NCBI GenBank assembly: GCA_004764695.1 | Contig: SMSO01000014.1 | Coordinates: 4,102,845-4,166,844 of the forward strand | Source of the DNA: Schizochytrium sp. TIO01 | Taxonomy: Eukaryota; Protista; Bigyra: Labyrinthulomycetes | Length of the DNA: 64,000 bases | Direction of reading: 5' to 3' | Part shown: one piece after another, positions 40,657 through 50,201 of the stretch | Numbering within the stretch: the stretch's first letter is position 1 | Layout of the letters: the number at the start of each line of letters is the position of its first letter | Notes under the pieces: generated by a model | Database searches by the model: none | Seen by the model: only the letters and a program-made list of their open reading frames with translations | Told to the model about the DNA's origin: nothing | Translations under genes and position numbers: made by a program

Positions 40657-42282
40657 TCACTCGCGGACAACCTTGAAGCCCAGAACACGGGCTACCGCTA
40701 AAAGAATGAGAAGTTTAAACAAAGCTCGCAGAGCTGGAATCGGAAAATTGACAATCTTTTCGATGATCGGCTCACCAAAGAAGCGAACCAAGGTTTTCTT
40801 GTAAGAGTTGTAAGGAGGGAATCTTGCTTGAAGCAATGGCTTAAAGAGAATGCTCTGATCAAGAACCTGGCTCTTTTCCAGTACAGCTTTCTCATGCGTG
40901 AAGCAATTGAAGCTTCGCTCGCCATGGTATGAACCCATCCCTGAAGAGCCAACACCACCAAATGGCAAGTCATGGTTAACCAAATGCATAACACTGTCAT
41001 TTATGCACAACCCCCCCGAGGTAGTGCGAGTCTTGATTTGGTTGATAAAATGGCTATTGCTGCCATAAGCGTATAGGGCAAGTGGCTTGCCGGTGATAAG
41101 GTTCTTGGTAAATGTAACTACCTCCTCAAGGTTTTTGTAGCGGTAGCAGGGCAGCAAAGGTCCAAACAATTCATCCTGCATCAGTCCAGAGCTTGAGAAG
41201 GCTTCCATATCGCTGCCAAAATCAAAAACAGAGGGGGCAATATAGCGTTCAGATTCATCCATGTCACCACCAATCACAAGACGATCCTTGTTCTCGTTAA
41301 CGAGAGCGCTAAGACGCTTGTAGGCACTGCTATTGATTAGCCGGCCAAAAAACTCAGTCTGTTTTGGATCGGTGCCGTAGAACTCACGTACAGTTTTTTG
41401 CATCTGTGCAAAGAATTCCATGGCAATATCCTCGTGCACCATGCAGAAATCAGGCCTGACACACGTTTGGCCACCATTTACGAACGTTGCCCATACAAGA
41501 CGCTGAACAGTATGTTCAATGTCGGCAGACCGATCTACAATACAGGGCGACTTGCCGCCCAATTCTAGCACGCACGGTGTGAGGTGCTCTGCAGCAGCTT
41601 TAGCAACGATACGTCCCACGTAACCCGATCCAGTAAAGAAAATAAGCTCAAATCGCTGTTCAAGAAGGGCAGACGTGATGGAGCGATTTCCTTCGATTAC
41701 GCGAATGCACTCAGGGTCCATGTAACGCTTGATGACACGTGCGAGTGCATTGCTTGAAGCTACAGCATAACTACCAGGCTTAATAACCACACAGTTGCCT
41801 CCTGCAATAGCTCCTACTAGTGGCGCAAGCGTGAGCTGCATAGGGTAGTTCCAAGCGCCCATAATGAGCACCACACCGAGTGGATCACGCTGTGTAGTGG
41901 CCCAGCACGGAATATTGAGCGCAGAGTTCTGTGCTTTCGTGGGTTTCATCCACTCATCTAAATGGTCAAGTGCATGAGCAAGTTCTGACTTTATGACACC
42001 AATCTCCGTTGCATAACCTTCAAAAGGGCATTTATGCAAGTCGGCCTGCATTGCCGCACAAAGTTCACCTTCACATTCGTCCATCATTTTGGCCATCTGC
42101 TTGAGTTGCTGGAGTCGCCATTCTCGCGAAAATGTCTTTTCTGTAGCGTATACGGCTTTCATACCTTTCACGATATTGGCCACATCTCCGGGTGTGACTT
42201 GCTCCTCGCTGCTAACCTCCGTGGGTTTAGCGTCGCCATACCTGCTTACACGATCAGGCGTCCCTGTTTCACTCGTCGCCAT
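40657..42282 (-). CDS. ALDH3: Class 3 (fatty) aldehyde dehydrogenase with a C-terminal membrane anchor
   Basis: PLGVVLIMGAWNYP, FFTGSG, LELGGKSP, catalytic GQTCVRPD, ELFGP, LPFGGVGSSGMGSYHG; hydrophobic tail ALFKLLILLAVARVLG. ATG at 42282. Confidence 0.93.
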   Translation of the reverse strand: MATSETGTPDRVSRYGDAKPTEVSSEEQVTPGDVANIVKGMKAVYATEKTFSREWRLQQLKQMAKMMDECEGELCAAMQADLHKCPFEGYATEIGVIKSELAHALDHLDEWMKPTKAQNSALNIPCWATTQRDPLGVVLIMGAWNYPMQLTLAPLVGAIAGGNCVVIKPGSYAVASSNALARVIKRYMDPECIRVIEGNRSITSALLEQRFELIFFTGSGYVGRIVAKAAAEHLTPCVLELGGKSPCIVDRSADIEHTVQRLVWATFVNGGQTCVRPDFCMVHEDIAMEFFAQMQKTVREFYGTDPKQTEFFGRLINSSAYKRLSALVNENKDRLVIGGDMDESERYIAPSVFDFGSDMEAFSSSGLMQDELFGPLLPCYRYKNLEEVVTFTKNLITGKPLALYAYGSNSHFINQIKTRTTSGGLCINDSVMHLVNHDLPFGGVGSSGMGSYHGERSFNCFTHEKAVLEKSQVLDQSILFKPLLQARFPPYNSYKKTLVRFFGEPIIEKIVNFPIPALRALFKLLILLAVARVLGFKVVRE

Positions 42283-42700
42283 ACTTCTGATCAAGTACTG
42301 CAAACCTCACTTAAACTTAAATTCTCGCTGGGAGCCCGTGCTTGTGTTAAATCGTTCGCAAACGATAATCCTGAGCAATTGGCGCGCTCTTCGTTGTGGT
42401 TTTGCCTTGCGAGATCTTGCTTGCAATCTGCAGACTTGTGTCTTGTTTTAGCCATCATCACAACTGCTACAGTATTACCTAATTATCTAGTATTATCCTG
42501 CCTACCATCACTCTGGAGGTAAGTACTTCACAACGCTACGTACCTTCCTACCTCAACTATCGACACATTCTCCCTCCAAAGTAAGTGAGACCAAGTCATT
42601 GATAAAGCAGAACACGAAGGTTTAGGTTTAAAGCTTGGCGATAATCGGCGTCTTTCTAAGTGTTCAGGGTCTCTCTCGGTAGGTAGGTCGTAGTAGGTTC

Positions 42701-42724
42701 CTAGCTAGCTAGCTAGCTAGCTAG
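42701..42724. repeat. Self-complementary (CTAG)6 tract
   Basis: CTAGCTAGCTAGCTAGCTAGCTAG between the ASCC2 3' end and the ALDH promoter. Confidence 0.9.
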
Positions 42725-42888
42725 AAAGCAGTAAATGGTATAACTTCTGGAACTAAGATCCAGGGAAGTAGATCTACTTACTGGCCGAAAGAGCAATTGA
42801 GAGTGGATTAGCAAGTACCTAGGTACCTAGCTAGAGATAAGACAGCACATAGTTTATGATAAGAATAACAGAATCGCACAATGCTCGA

Positions 42889-45279
42889 CTAATCAGTTGG
42901 ACCACCGAACATGGTTCGTTGCATTTTCTTGGCAGCTCCACGCTTGCGAGAGTGGTTTGCCACACGCGCCTTTTGCTGATCCTTGTGTCGACGATCACGC
43001 TGCGTATTCTTGGCTCCTGATGAAGAACCAGAGGCTTGAGAGGCATTATCTTGGTCCTTCTTGGGGGCTCCACCTTTAGCGCCTGAAGCCCCCCCCTTCT
43101 TCTTGTCCCCGCTGGCATTATTATTGCCTGGCTTTGTGTTGTTATTGTTCTTCTTCTTGTTGTCATTATTTGAGCCACTGCCGCCCTTCGCGCCACTGTT
43201 CCCACCAGCATTATTATTGCTGGCCTTTGCACCGCTGTTGCCACCACTAGTGTTATTACTATTAGAATTCGCGTTCGAGCTTGGGCCCCGGCCACCACCG
43301 CGACGATTCTTCGATCTTGTGTTAGATGGGGGTTCGACAAGATGGTTAAGATTTGGCTTGAGAAGATTGATCTCATTCTCATCAGGTTCCTCGACAATCT
43401 TTCCATGAGCATCACGGCGTACGCCATCAATGTCCTTCATGCCAGGCTTCCATGTTGACGCATCAAAGGGCTTATCATCAATGTTACCATCATCGCCAAC
43501 TTGGAAACCAGCATCGTCGTAGGCATCGTCGTACTCATCATCATACTCGTCGTATGCAGCTGCAGCAGCACGGATGCGCTGCTTAATAATGCGCATTTCT
43601 TCATCATCCTCATCCTCATCGTCAGCGTTACTTTTGCTAGCAGGCCCAGATTTCTTGGAAGTCCCAGATTTGCCATTTCTACCCTTGCCTTCAAATTGAG
43701 CAAAAAGTTCTTGAGAGGTCTGCGGGCCACGGTCTACTGCGCGCAACGGAGCCCGCTCAAGGTGAGTCTCAAGAGAAGCAACCTGCGGCGGCAGATTACC
43801 CTCAAGCACAGCTTGGATTGAAGCTTCAACATTGCCACCCTTGGCCTGAAGAAGCTGTTCAATAAAGAAGCTGCCAAGTTCGGGCATAACATCCTTGAGT
43901 TGCTTAATCTTGGCCTGGAGCACTTCGGCATCCTTTCGTGCCTGTTCCTTCTTGGCGCGTTCGATGTCCTTGGCTGTGATTGCAGATGCATTACTTAAAC
44001 GCAGCTCACCAAGGCCAGCCTGGGCACTGTGAGATTGAGTTGATGGCTCAAGGTCAATGAGAATAGCGGCGGTATATTCGATCCGCTCCTTAAATTCCAT
44101 TGCGTACACTTCGTCAGCAAGATACTCAAGACGACGTTGAAGCTCGTAGGTTCGATCGTAATCTGCAAGACATACGGTCCTAGGCGAAAACTCGCCATCC
44201 TCATCGTCATCATAACTATATTTATTACCATCGTCCTCGTCGTCGCCATTCACGACAGCCAGGAAGATATCAAGGAGCTCCTCGATGCGGACATCGGTCC
44301 TTGTCGGAAGCTCAGGGTTTGCGTTGTCGAACTGATCTGCGGGGATTACAATATTGAGCGGTCCCCAAAATCGCTGCCAGCACACCATATGAACCAGTCC
44401 AAGCCAGCCGCGGCGAATATCAGTCAGGCGTGAGTTGAGTACCACATCCTGAGTGGGTCCTGTAAGGGCAGCAACTACACGACCATAGCTGCGAAAAAGC
44501 CCCAAGAGGTCACCCCGTGAGTTCCAACACTTGCCAATGCAATCACCTCCTAGCTTAATTCCTAGTGCACTCGCAAGAGCAGCAAGGGTGCTCATGACAT
44601 CTGTCAAATAGGCAATAGAATCTTCACGGTCTGCACTTGCATCCTTGTCACAAATTTTATCAACTAGTGGGGGCAATACGGAGTCTTTGACCTTGGAAAG
44701 TGCTTTGACAAGATCGCTGAAAAGGGAGTCGTTTAGTTCCAGCATGGCCTGCACTAATTGTGACGTTTCCCTGGGGTATCTTTGGCCAAACAGCACGCAA
44801 ATGTCGAGGATTCTCGTGGCAGTAATCACTCCGCGAGCCTTGAGCTCCATGCCAAAGGTGTCCGCTGTGAGTGTGTCTACAGTCCGCAGCTCTTGCCTTC
44901 CATCCTCATCCATTACGGATCTGTGAAGGCACGCCATAACTAGGTTTTCGAGCTCCACTTCGCTCTCTAGGGGTTCTCGCCAGGCTTCATCCCACGGTCT
45001 GCGTCGCGTTTCAAGATAGGTATCCAGGAACACCCTTAGGTCCTGATCAAAAATGACCACGGCAATAAAGTCCACAAATGGCATACGAAGAAGCACATCT
45101 AAACCTCGCGAGGCAACCTCAACGATGCCGCGATCGTCAACATCTCCTGCGCGAAGACCTGCTTGCGAGGCCACGGCGTCTAGACTTCCGCCGTCATTGT
45201 CCTGCTCTGCAAAAGGCACGAACGTCAGCTTGTGCGCACGAGAAGCGGCCTCGCCGCGTGCACGGAGACCTTCGCTCAT
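42889..45279 (-). CDS. ASCC2: Activating signal cointegrator 1 complex subunit 2 (CUE domain; Cue3/Rqt3-like)
   Basis: RILDICVLFG in the N-terminal domain, CUE domain KIKQLKDVMPELGSFFIEQLL...VLEGNLP, acidic YDEYDDEYDDAYD motif, basic C-terminus KARVANHSRKRGAAKKM. Confidence 0.9.
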   Translation of the reverse strand: MSEGLRARGEAASRAHKLTFVPFAEQDNDGGSLDAVASQAGLRAGDVDDRGIVEVASRGLDVLLRMPFVDFIAVVIFDQDLRVFLDTYLETRRRPWDEAWREPLESEVELENLVMACLHRSVMDEDGRQELRTVDTLTADTFGMELKARGVITATRILDICVLFGQRYPRETSQLVQAMLELNDSLFSDLVKALSKVKDSVLPPLVDKICDKDASADREDSIAYLTDVMSTLAALASALGIKLGGDCIGKCWNSRGDLLGLFRSYGRVVAALTGPTQDVVLNSRLTDIRRGWLGLVHMVCWQRFWGPLNIVIPADQFDNANPELPTRTDVRIEELLDIFLAVVNGDDEDDGNKYSYDDDEDGEFSPRTVCLADYDRTYELQRRLEYLADEVYAMEFKERIEYTAAILIDLEPSTQSHSAQAGLGELRLSNASAITAKDIERAKKEQARKDAEVLQAKIKQLKDVMPELGSFFIEQLLQAKGGNVEASIQAVLEGNLPPQVASLETHLERAPLRAVDRGPQTSQELFAQFEGKGRNGKSGTSKKSGPASKSNADDEDEDDEEMRIIKQRIRAAAAAYDEYDDEYDDAYDDAGFQVGDDGNIDDKPFDASTWKPGMKDIDGVRRDAHGKIVEEPDENEINLLKPNLNHLVEPPSNTRSKNRRGGGRGPSSNANSNSNNTSGGNSGAKASNNNAGGNSGAKGGSGSNNDNKKKNNNNTKPGNNNASGDKKKGGASGAKGGAPKKDQDNASQASGSSSGAKNTQRDRRHKDQQKARVANHSRKRGAAKKMQRTMFGGPTD

Positions 45280-46158
45280 CTCGCCGTAGCCTTGTGAGCT
45301 TTGTCCAGTTCGAGATCTGGATTTCGCTTTGCTTTGCTTTGCTTTGCTTTGCTTTGCTTTGTATCAATTTGACGTGCTTCGCTTCATTTCTTAAGTTTCT
45401 GGATCATAGGTACTTCTACTATAGTAGCTAGTGCTACTAAATCCTACTCAGAAAAAGAGACAGACAGGCGCCTGCCACCATTCTTGGGCTTGGTAGGCAC
45501 GCTGGGAAGATAGATTGCTCTTTAGAGCTTGATTGAGGTTTGCATAATTCACCAAACTTGGGCCGTTTGAAACTTGGCTTAGACTTTGCCTTTGGGCCAA
45601 ACTTGGTTCCATGGGGCAGAGTGGCCATTTCTGACTACGATTTACAGAGCGAATCTTTGAAGATGTGAATTCGCCTGCTTTCAGTCTGAAGGTGCACGTT
45701 CTTCACTCGTTCTCCACACGTTTGGAAAGGTGATGATATAGCTTTCTTTTGGTTCTAGAGTTTATTTTGAAGATGTGATTGGGCCTGAATCGACGGAGGC
45801 TAAATATTTAAGAACAGTTTATTCATATACGAGCTGTTTGGCTACACATGTGCAAGAGTAATCAGGAGGATTTTGGGTGGATATGAGAAAGTAATTTTTA
45901 ATCGTAATTATACAACCATGATATGAATGAATAAAATAGGACTCAGCAGCGGTTGCATGATCGTGAAAGCTAACGAGGCACGCAAACAAAGGTCAAGCCA
46001 AATCTACGAGGCTTGGCCCGTGCTGCCTTGGACTTCAAACGTCCGTCATGCGTGTCATCAGGAATGATGATGATCGTATGTTTGTATGTACAGGATGGAT
46101 CTATCTAAATAATGGTGCGATTCACAACAGGCTCCTGTTGTGACCAAAACGCGAGTTT

Positions 46159-46557
46159 CTATGCATATTCACGCCCGCATCGTTCGCAGTGTGTCTCTAA
46201 TGAATAGCAGCTTGGAATTACACAAGGTAACCAGAAAAGGGGCCAGAATACTAAAATCAGCAGGAGCATCCAAAATACCTGCATCGCGCTCAGCGAGCTG
46301 GTGGTGACAAGGGTCTCTTTGGAACCTCGCGTGCATGGACACGGAGTCGAGACAGATTCTACATCAATGACGAAGGAAGGGCTAGTTGGGCGCGCTGTAG
46401 AGGCCACAGGCACAGCCTGAATCACAGGCGTCTCATAGGGCCAACTTGATGGACAGGAAGAGTTATGTTGGTGGATTGTCTGTTGAGGTTGCTGAGGATG
46501 TTGCTGTGCATATGCCTCCTTTGTTGGGTAAGCCACGTACATTGGATCATCGAGCAT
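46159..46557 (-). CDS. LITAF-domain membrane-associated zinc-binding protein (paralogue 1)
   Basis: Pro/Gln-rich N-terminus; CPC...hydrophobic VFWMLLLILVFWPLFWLPCVIPSCY...HCERC. Confidence 0.8.
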   Translation of the reverse strand: MLDDPMYVAYPTKEAYAQQHPQQPQQTIHQHNSSCPSSWPYETPVIQAVPVASTARPTSPSFVIDVESVSTPCPCTRGSKETLVTTSSLSAMQVFWMLLLILVFWPLFWLPCVIPSCYSLETHCERCGREYA

Positions 46558-48974
46558 CTTGTCCTCCTTTCGACTCCCCCCACAATCAATAAAGGCGTCC
46601 TTCTCTTGCTTGCTCGAAAGCTAAGACTCTTTTATTTCTGGTTTGCAAGTACTTCTCCTGCTGCCTGAGCCGATCCACGTCCACAGCGGGCTAAATTCAG
46701 TGTCTTCGATTTATCTTGAAGATCTGTTAATGTTGCCGGTTTGTAGAGTCCAAAGTCTCCAACTTCTTCAGAGTCGAAACTGAGAGGCGGTCCGTCTGTA
46801 CACTATAGTGTGCTTTCTTTTGTCAGCAGCTGGCTTGTAGCTAGCTATCCGCACCTTGCCAATCGCCAGATCTCCCGGTCGGTCCTCGAGGTCGGCTAGG
46901 TCTAGCTCTTGGTCTGCACCGCAACCCAAGCCTCGCCAAAGCCTCTGCGTGTCACCAAAGTCTCTGCAACGCAGGTGGCAAGCGCTCGCCGACGACTACT
47001 TTATGCTTGCTTGGTTGTCTTCAAGTTCTCTTCAAGTTTGCTAGGTATCACCTTTCTTTTCCCACAGCAGCTATTAAAAATATTGAGCGCTCGCTCTTAT
47101 TGAGAGAGAGATAAATAGATAGGCTCACGAGACGGCTTGAGAAGAAGAGGTGTCCGCGCGAGATTGACTCTCTGCGTCGGTAGCGCTCCTGCTCTTGAGC
47201 AACTAGTCTACTGCTTTCCCTCCCTCGCTGGGCGTCTGTCTCTAAACCGGCAGTAGGCAGACGTGTCCGCGGTGCTTTCTGCCAGCGTTGATTACGGTTC
47301 TGGTGCTTGCTTGCTTGCTTGCTTGCTTGCTAAGTTTGTTTTCCTCTTTTGGAGTTATTTATGAATGAATGAATGAATGAATGCAAAAGTAGAACGAACG
47401 AATTGTCAATATTTGGAAAAAACAACTCTTTCTTTAATTATAATCTCTTCTCTTTTTTCCTTTATTGATTGATTGATACATTCATTCATTCATTCATTCA
47501 TTCATTGAGCACAGATAAAAGAGTCTTTTTCTTTCTAAATTAGAAGAAAGCCAAAACGGCCTGCTCTATGCTCACACTCGCACTGTGAACAACGCTCTCA
47601 GTTAAAAACCCTTTCTGGTCATTTAAAGCGAGCGTTTAAGTGCTGCTATGTGCTATCTACTGCGAGTTTTCTCTGCTTTTTGTTTTTCCTTTAAAAAAAA
47701 CAAAAAACAAACAAAACAATAAAACTTTGAAAGGAATTGGAGGAAAAGGCTTTTCTTCCTCTTAGTTTTTCAAAGTTGATGATCAATCGTTTGAGAAGAA
47801 TTCCTTTCTCAGAGAGCCAACGAACTAAATTAAATGCTTTCTTTTGGCGCCACTCGAGCCTCGCTCAAGGTGCGCCGCTAGCTTGACGGCTCGCGGGCTG
47901 CAAGCAACAGATCAACCAACCCTCGGCAGCAGCGGCCTGCCAGCAAGGGAACAAAGCCTATGGAGACTGTCCTGACGATAAGTCTGCAGTCGCACGCGTT
48001 GCTCGAAGCTTTCGAGAGATGGATTCGAGGCACTAGTTTTGTCCCGCCAGGTTGACTCAAGTGTCAAGCTAAGCCCTCCTTTAGCTCGAGGTCTGCGTCT
48101 GCGTCTGTGCCTGAGTCTATGTCTGAGTCTGAGCTTAAGCTTGAGCTCGAGCTTGGAGCCTCTAGCAGGCCCCTCGGGCTCTGTTAAATTGACAGCCTTA
48201 GCGCCAGTGGTAACTAAAGTCGAGGAAGAGAAGATGAGACGAGACGATTGCTCCTCTTTTTGGAGGACTCCAATTCTCCGGCCCAACTTTGTACTTCAAG
48301 GCAAGGCAAGGCAAGGCGAGGCGAAACGCAATGCGTGTCTCTGGAGACCTTCGCTGCCTCTGTCCAAGCTAGCGCGATGACTGTGGCTTGCTTGCTCGGT
48401 CGTGTTTTCCGCGACGCTCCTGGCTGTTCTGCTCGCTTACGAGAGAACTCGAGGAAATACTACCTACGAATATGTAGGGAGAAACGAAAGAAGAAAGAAA
48501 TTGATCAACCTTGAAAAAGGAAACGAAAACCTCTCGAAGGAGTTCCATTCAGCCAAATGCACTGTAGGTAGAAGGTACCTACCTATACCTACCTAGGCAG
48601 GCATTTGGCGATCACCAAACTTGCTCCTTTGCTTTGTTGTGCACAAGATCTTCGAGGTACGCAAACATTCGCTGAGTGTGTAGTGCCTAAACAAGTGCTT
48701 AGTTGCTTTCTGGTTCGAAAGAGCTTTCTAAATTCATCAGTCCAATTGACTTCATTCCATAGACTTAACGCACTATCGTGAAGCGACTTTGGACACGCGG
48801 GTTCTTATTTGCGACATCGAACAGTAACCTACTTATGTCAAAGCCGTGAACCGTTTCTAACTAACTTCTCTCAGGTTTCTTGAGGCTGCTAGTGGCGATA
48901 ACTGCTGCCACCAGAGTGTATGTGTTCTAAGTAGTTCTGAGTTCCTGTTTATTCTGTTACTTCCTGCCACCCAT

Positions 48975-49024
48975 GGTATTCAAGAAAGATAAAATCGCAG
49001 GTATTCAAGAAAGATAAAATCGCA
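48975..49024. repeat. Perfect 25-bp tandem duplication
   Basis: GGTATTCAAGAAAGATAAAATCGCA at 48975-48999 and 49000-49024. Confidence 0.92.
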
Positions 49025-50160
49025 GGTCTCGCCATCGATCCTGCTCTTTTCAGCACAGGTATCAGGCACGGAGCGATCACCCAACCATGAACTTGGCAAG
49101 AGGAACCACAGCTTCATGAGCTTTCAGCCGGCTGATCATACACATGTTCATTATTCAGCCTTTGTGCTCAAAGCCCGCCAGCAGATAGAATAGATATGAC
49201 ATTTCATGTCAATTCTGTACAACACCAAAGTCAGAGGATTCTTTGTATCCTTTCCTCATGTTCTGTCATGCGGTAGTAGGCGCGAATTTTGGAGGTAGCG
49301 ACTTTTTTGCTCTTCAGTTGATCGGGCGAATAGATCACTTTTTGTGGTGCCGACGCAGAGAATTTGCGACAGTAGAGGCATTGCTGACTTATATCAATCA
49401 CACATACGCGTGCAAGGCTGAGCACAGTTTTAATCGTTTCAACTCAGTACAGGTTTATAAAAGAACAGATCCCCCTCAGAGCTTCTGTTGATTTAGTTCG
49501 TCCAAGTTAGTATTTTATTGTTTGTTTTATTTTGAGTTTAATTAAACATAAAATATGAAATGTAAAATATAACATAGCTCAGGGCAGGTAGCGCAGTGCC
49601 TGATTCAGGTGCGTTCGAGTCAATGATATCGAGCCTTCGTGCATTCATCAAGCTCAAGTCGCACGACAAAGCTAGCTTGCCAGTACTTGTGTGGCTTGTT
49701 CAGGCACTTGGCATGATCTCAGGTGCATACCTAAGCAAGATCCAAGTGGATGTCCAAGGCCGAACTGTTTTGTCCAAAAGTCTTGCTTGGCCACAGTCCA
49801 GTTACCTTCTGAGCTCATTCTGGTCCGAGTCTGTTTCAAAGTGAATAAGCAATGCGAAGTCAGCTCAAAGCGTAGTAATCGAATGGATCTGCGCATATAT
49901 GTTGAGTGTTCGTTTTGCTTCGGTCGATTTTTGCTGGGTTGATGTACTTTCCGTTGGGCTCAATCACAACGTTAAGGTCAAGTTGACACATGCTTGTAGT
50001 GAATTGATACAACATGTTGACACCCTGAAGTAGTAATTTGCATGTGCACGGCAGTCGAGGGCCGCACGGGATGGGTGGAGGTCGCTGCCAGCGCTGCCGA
50101 CCTAAGGAAGAATAGTCTGCTCCAAGTTGACGACCGCAGCATAAATCATCTTGCTGCAGC

Positions 50161-50162
<2 letters not shown>

Positions 50163-50201
<39 letters not shown>
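50163..50201. repeat. Poly(T) tract of ~39 nt followed by CAG
   Basis: Homopolymer run, far longer than any other in the window. Confidence 0.95.

Noticed and set aside
42618-42632. Short TTTAGG/CCTAA telomere-like words (also ~13730, 54805, 56225)
   Set aside because: Two units or fewer each; not an interstitial telomeric array.
37603-45279. GT41-ALDH3-ASCC2 as a functional gene cluster
   Set aside because: Unrelated housekeeping functions; co-orientation alone is not evidence.
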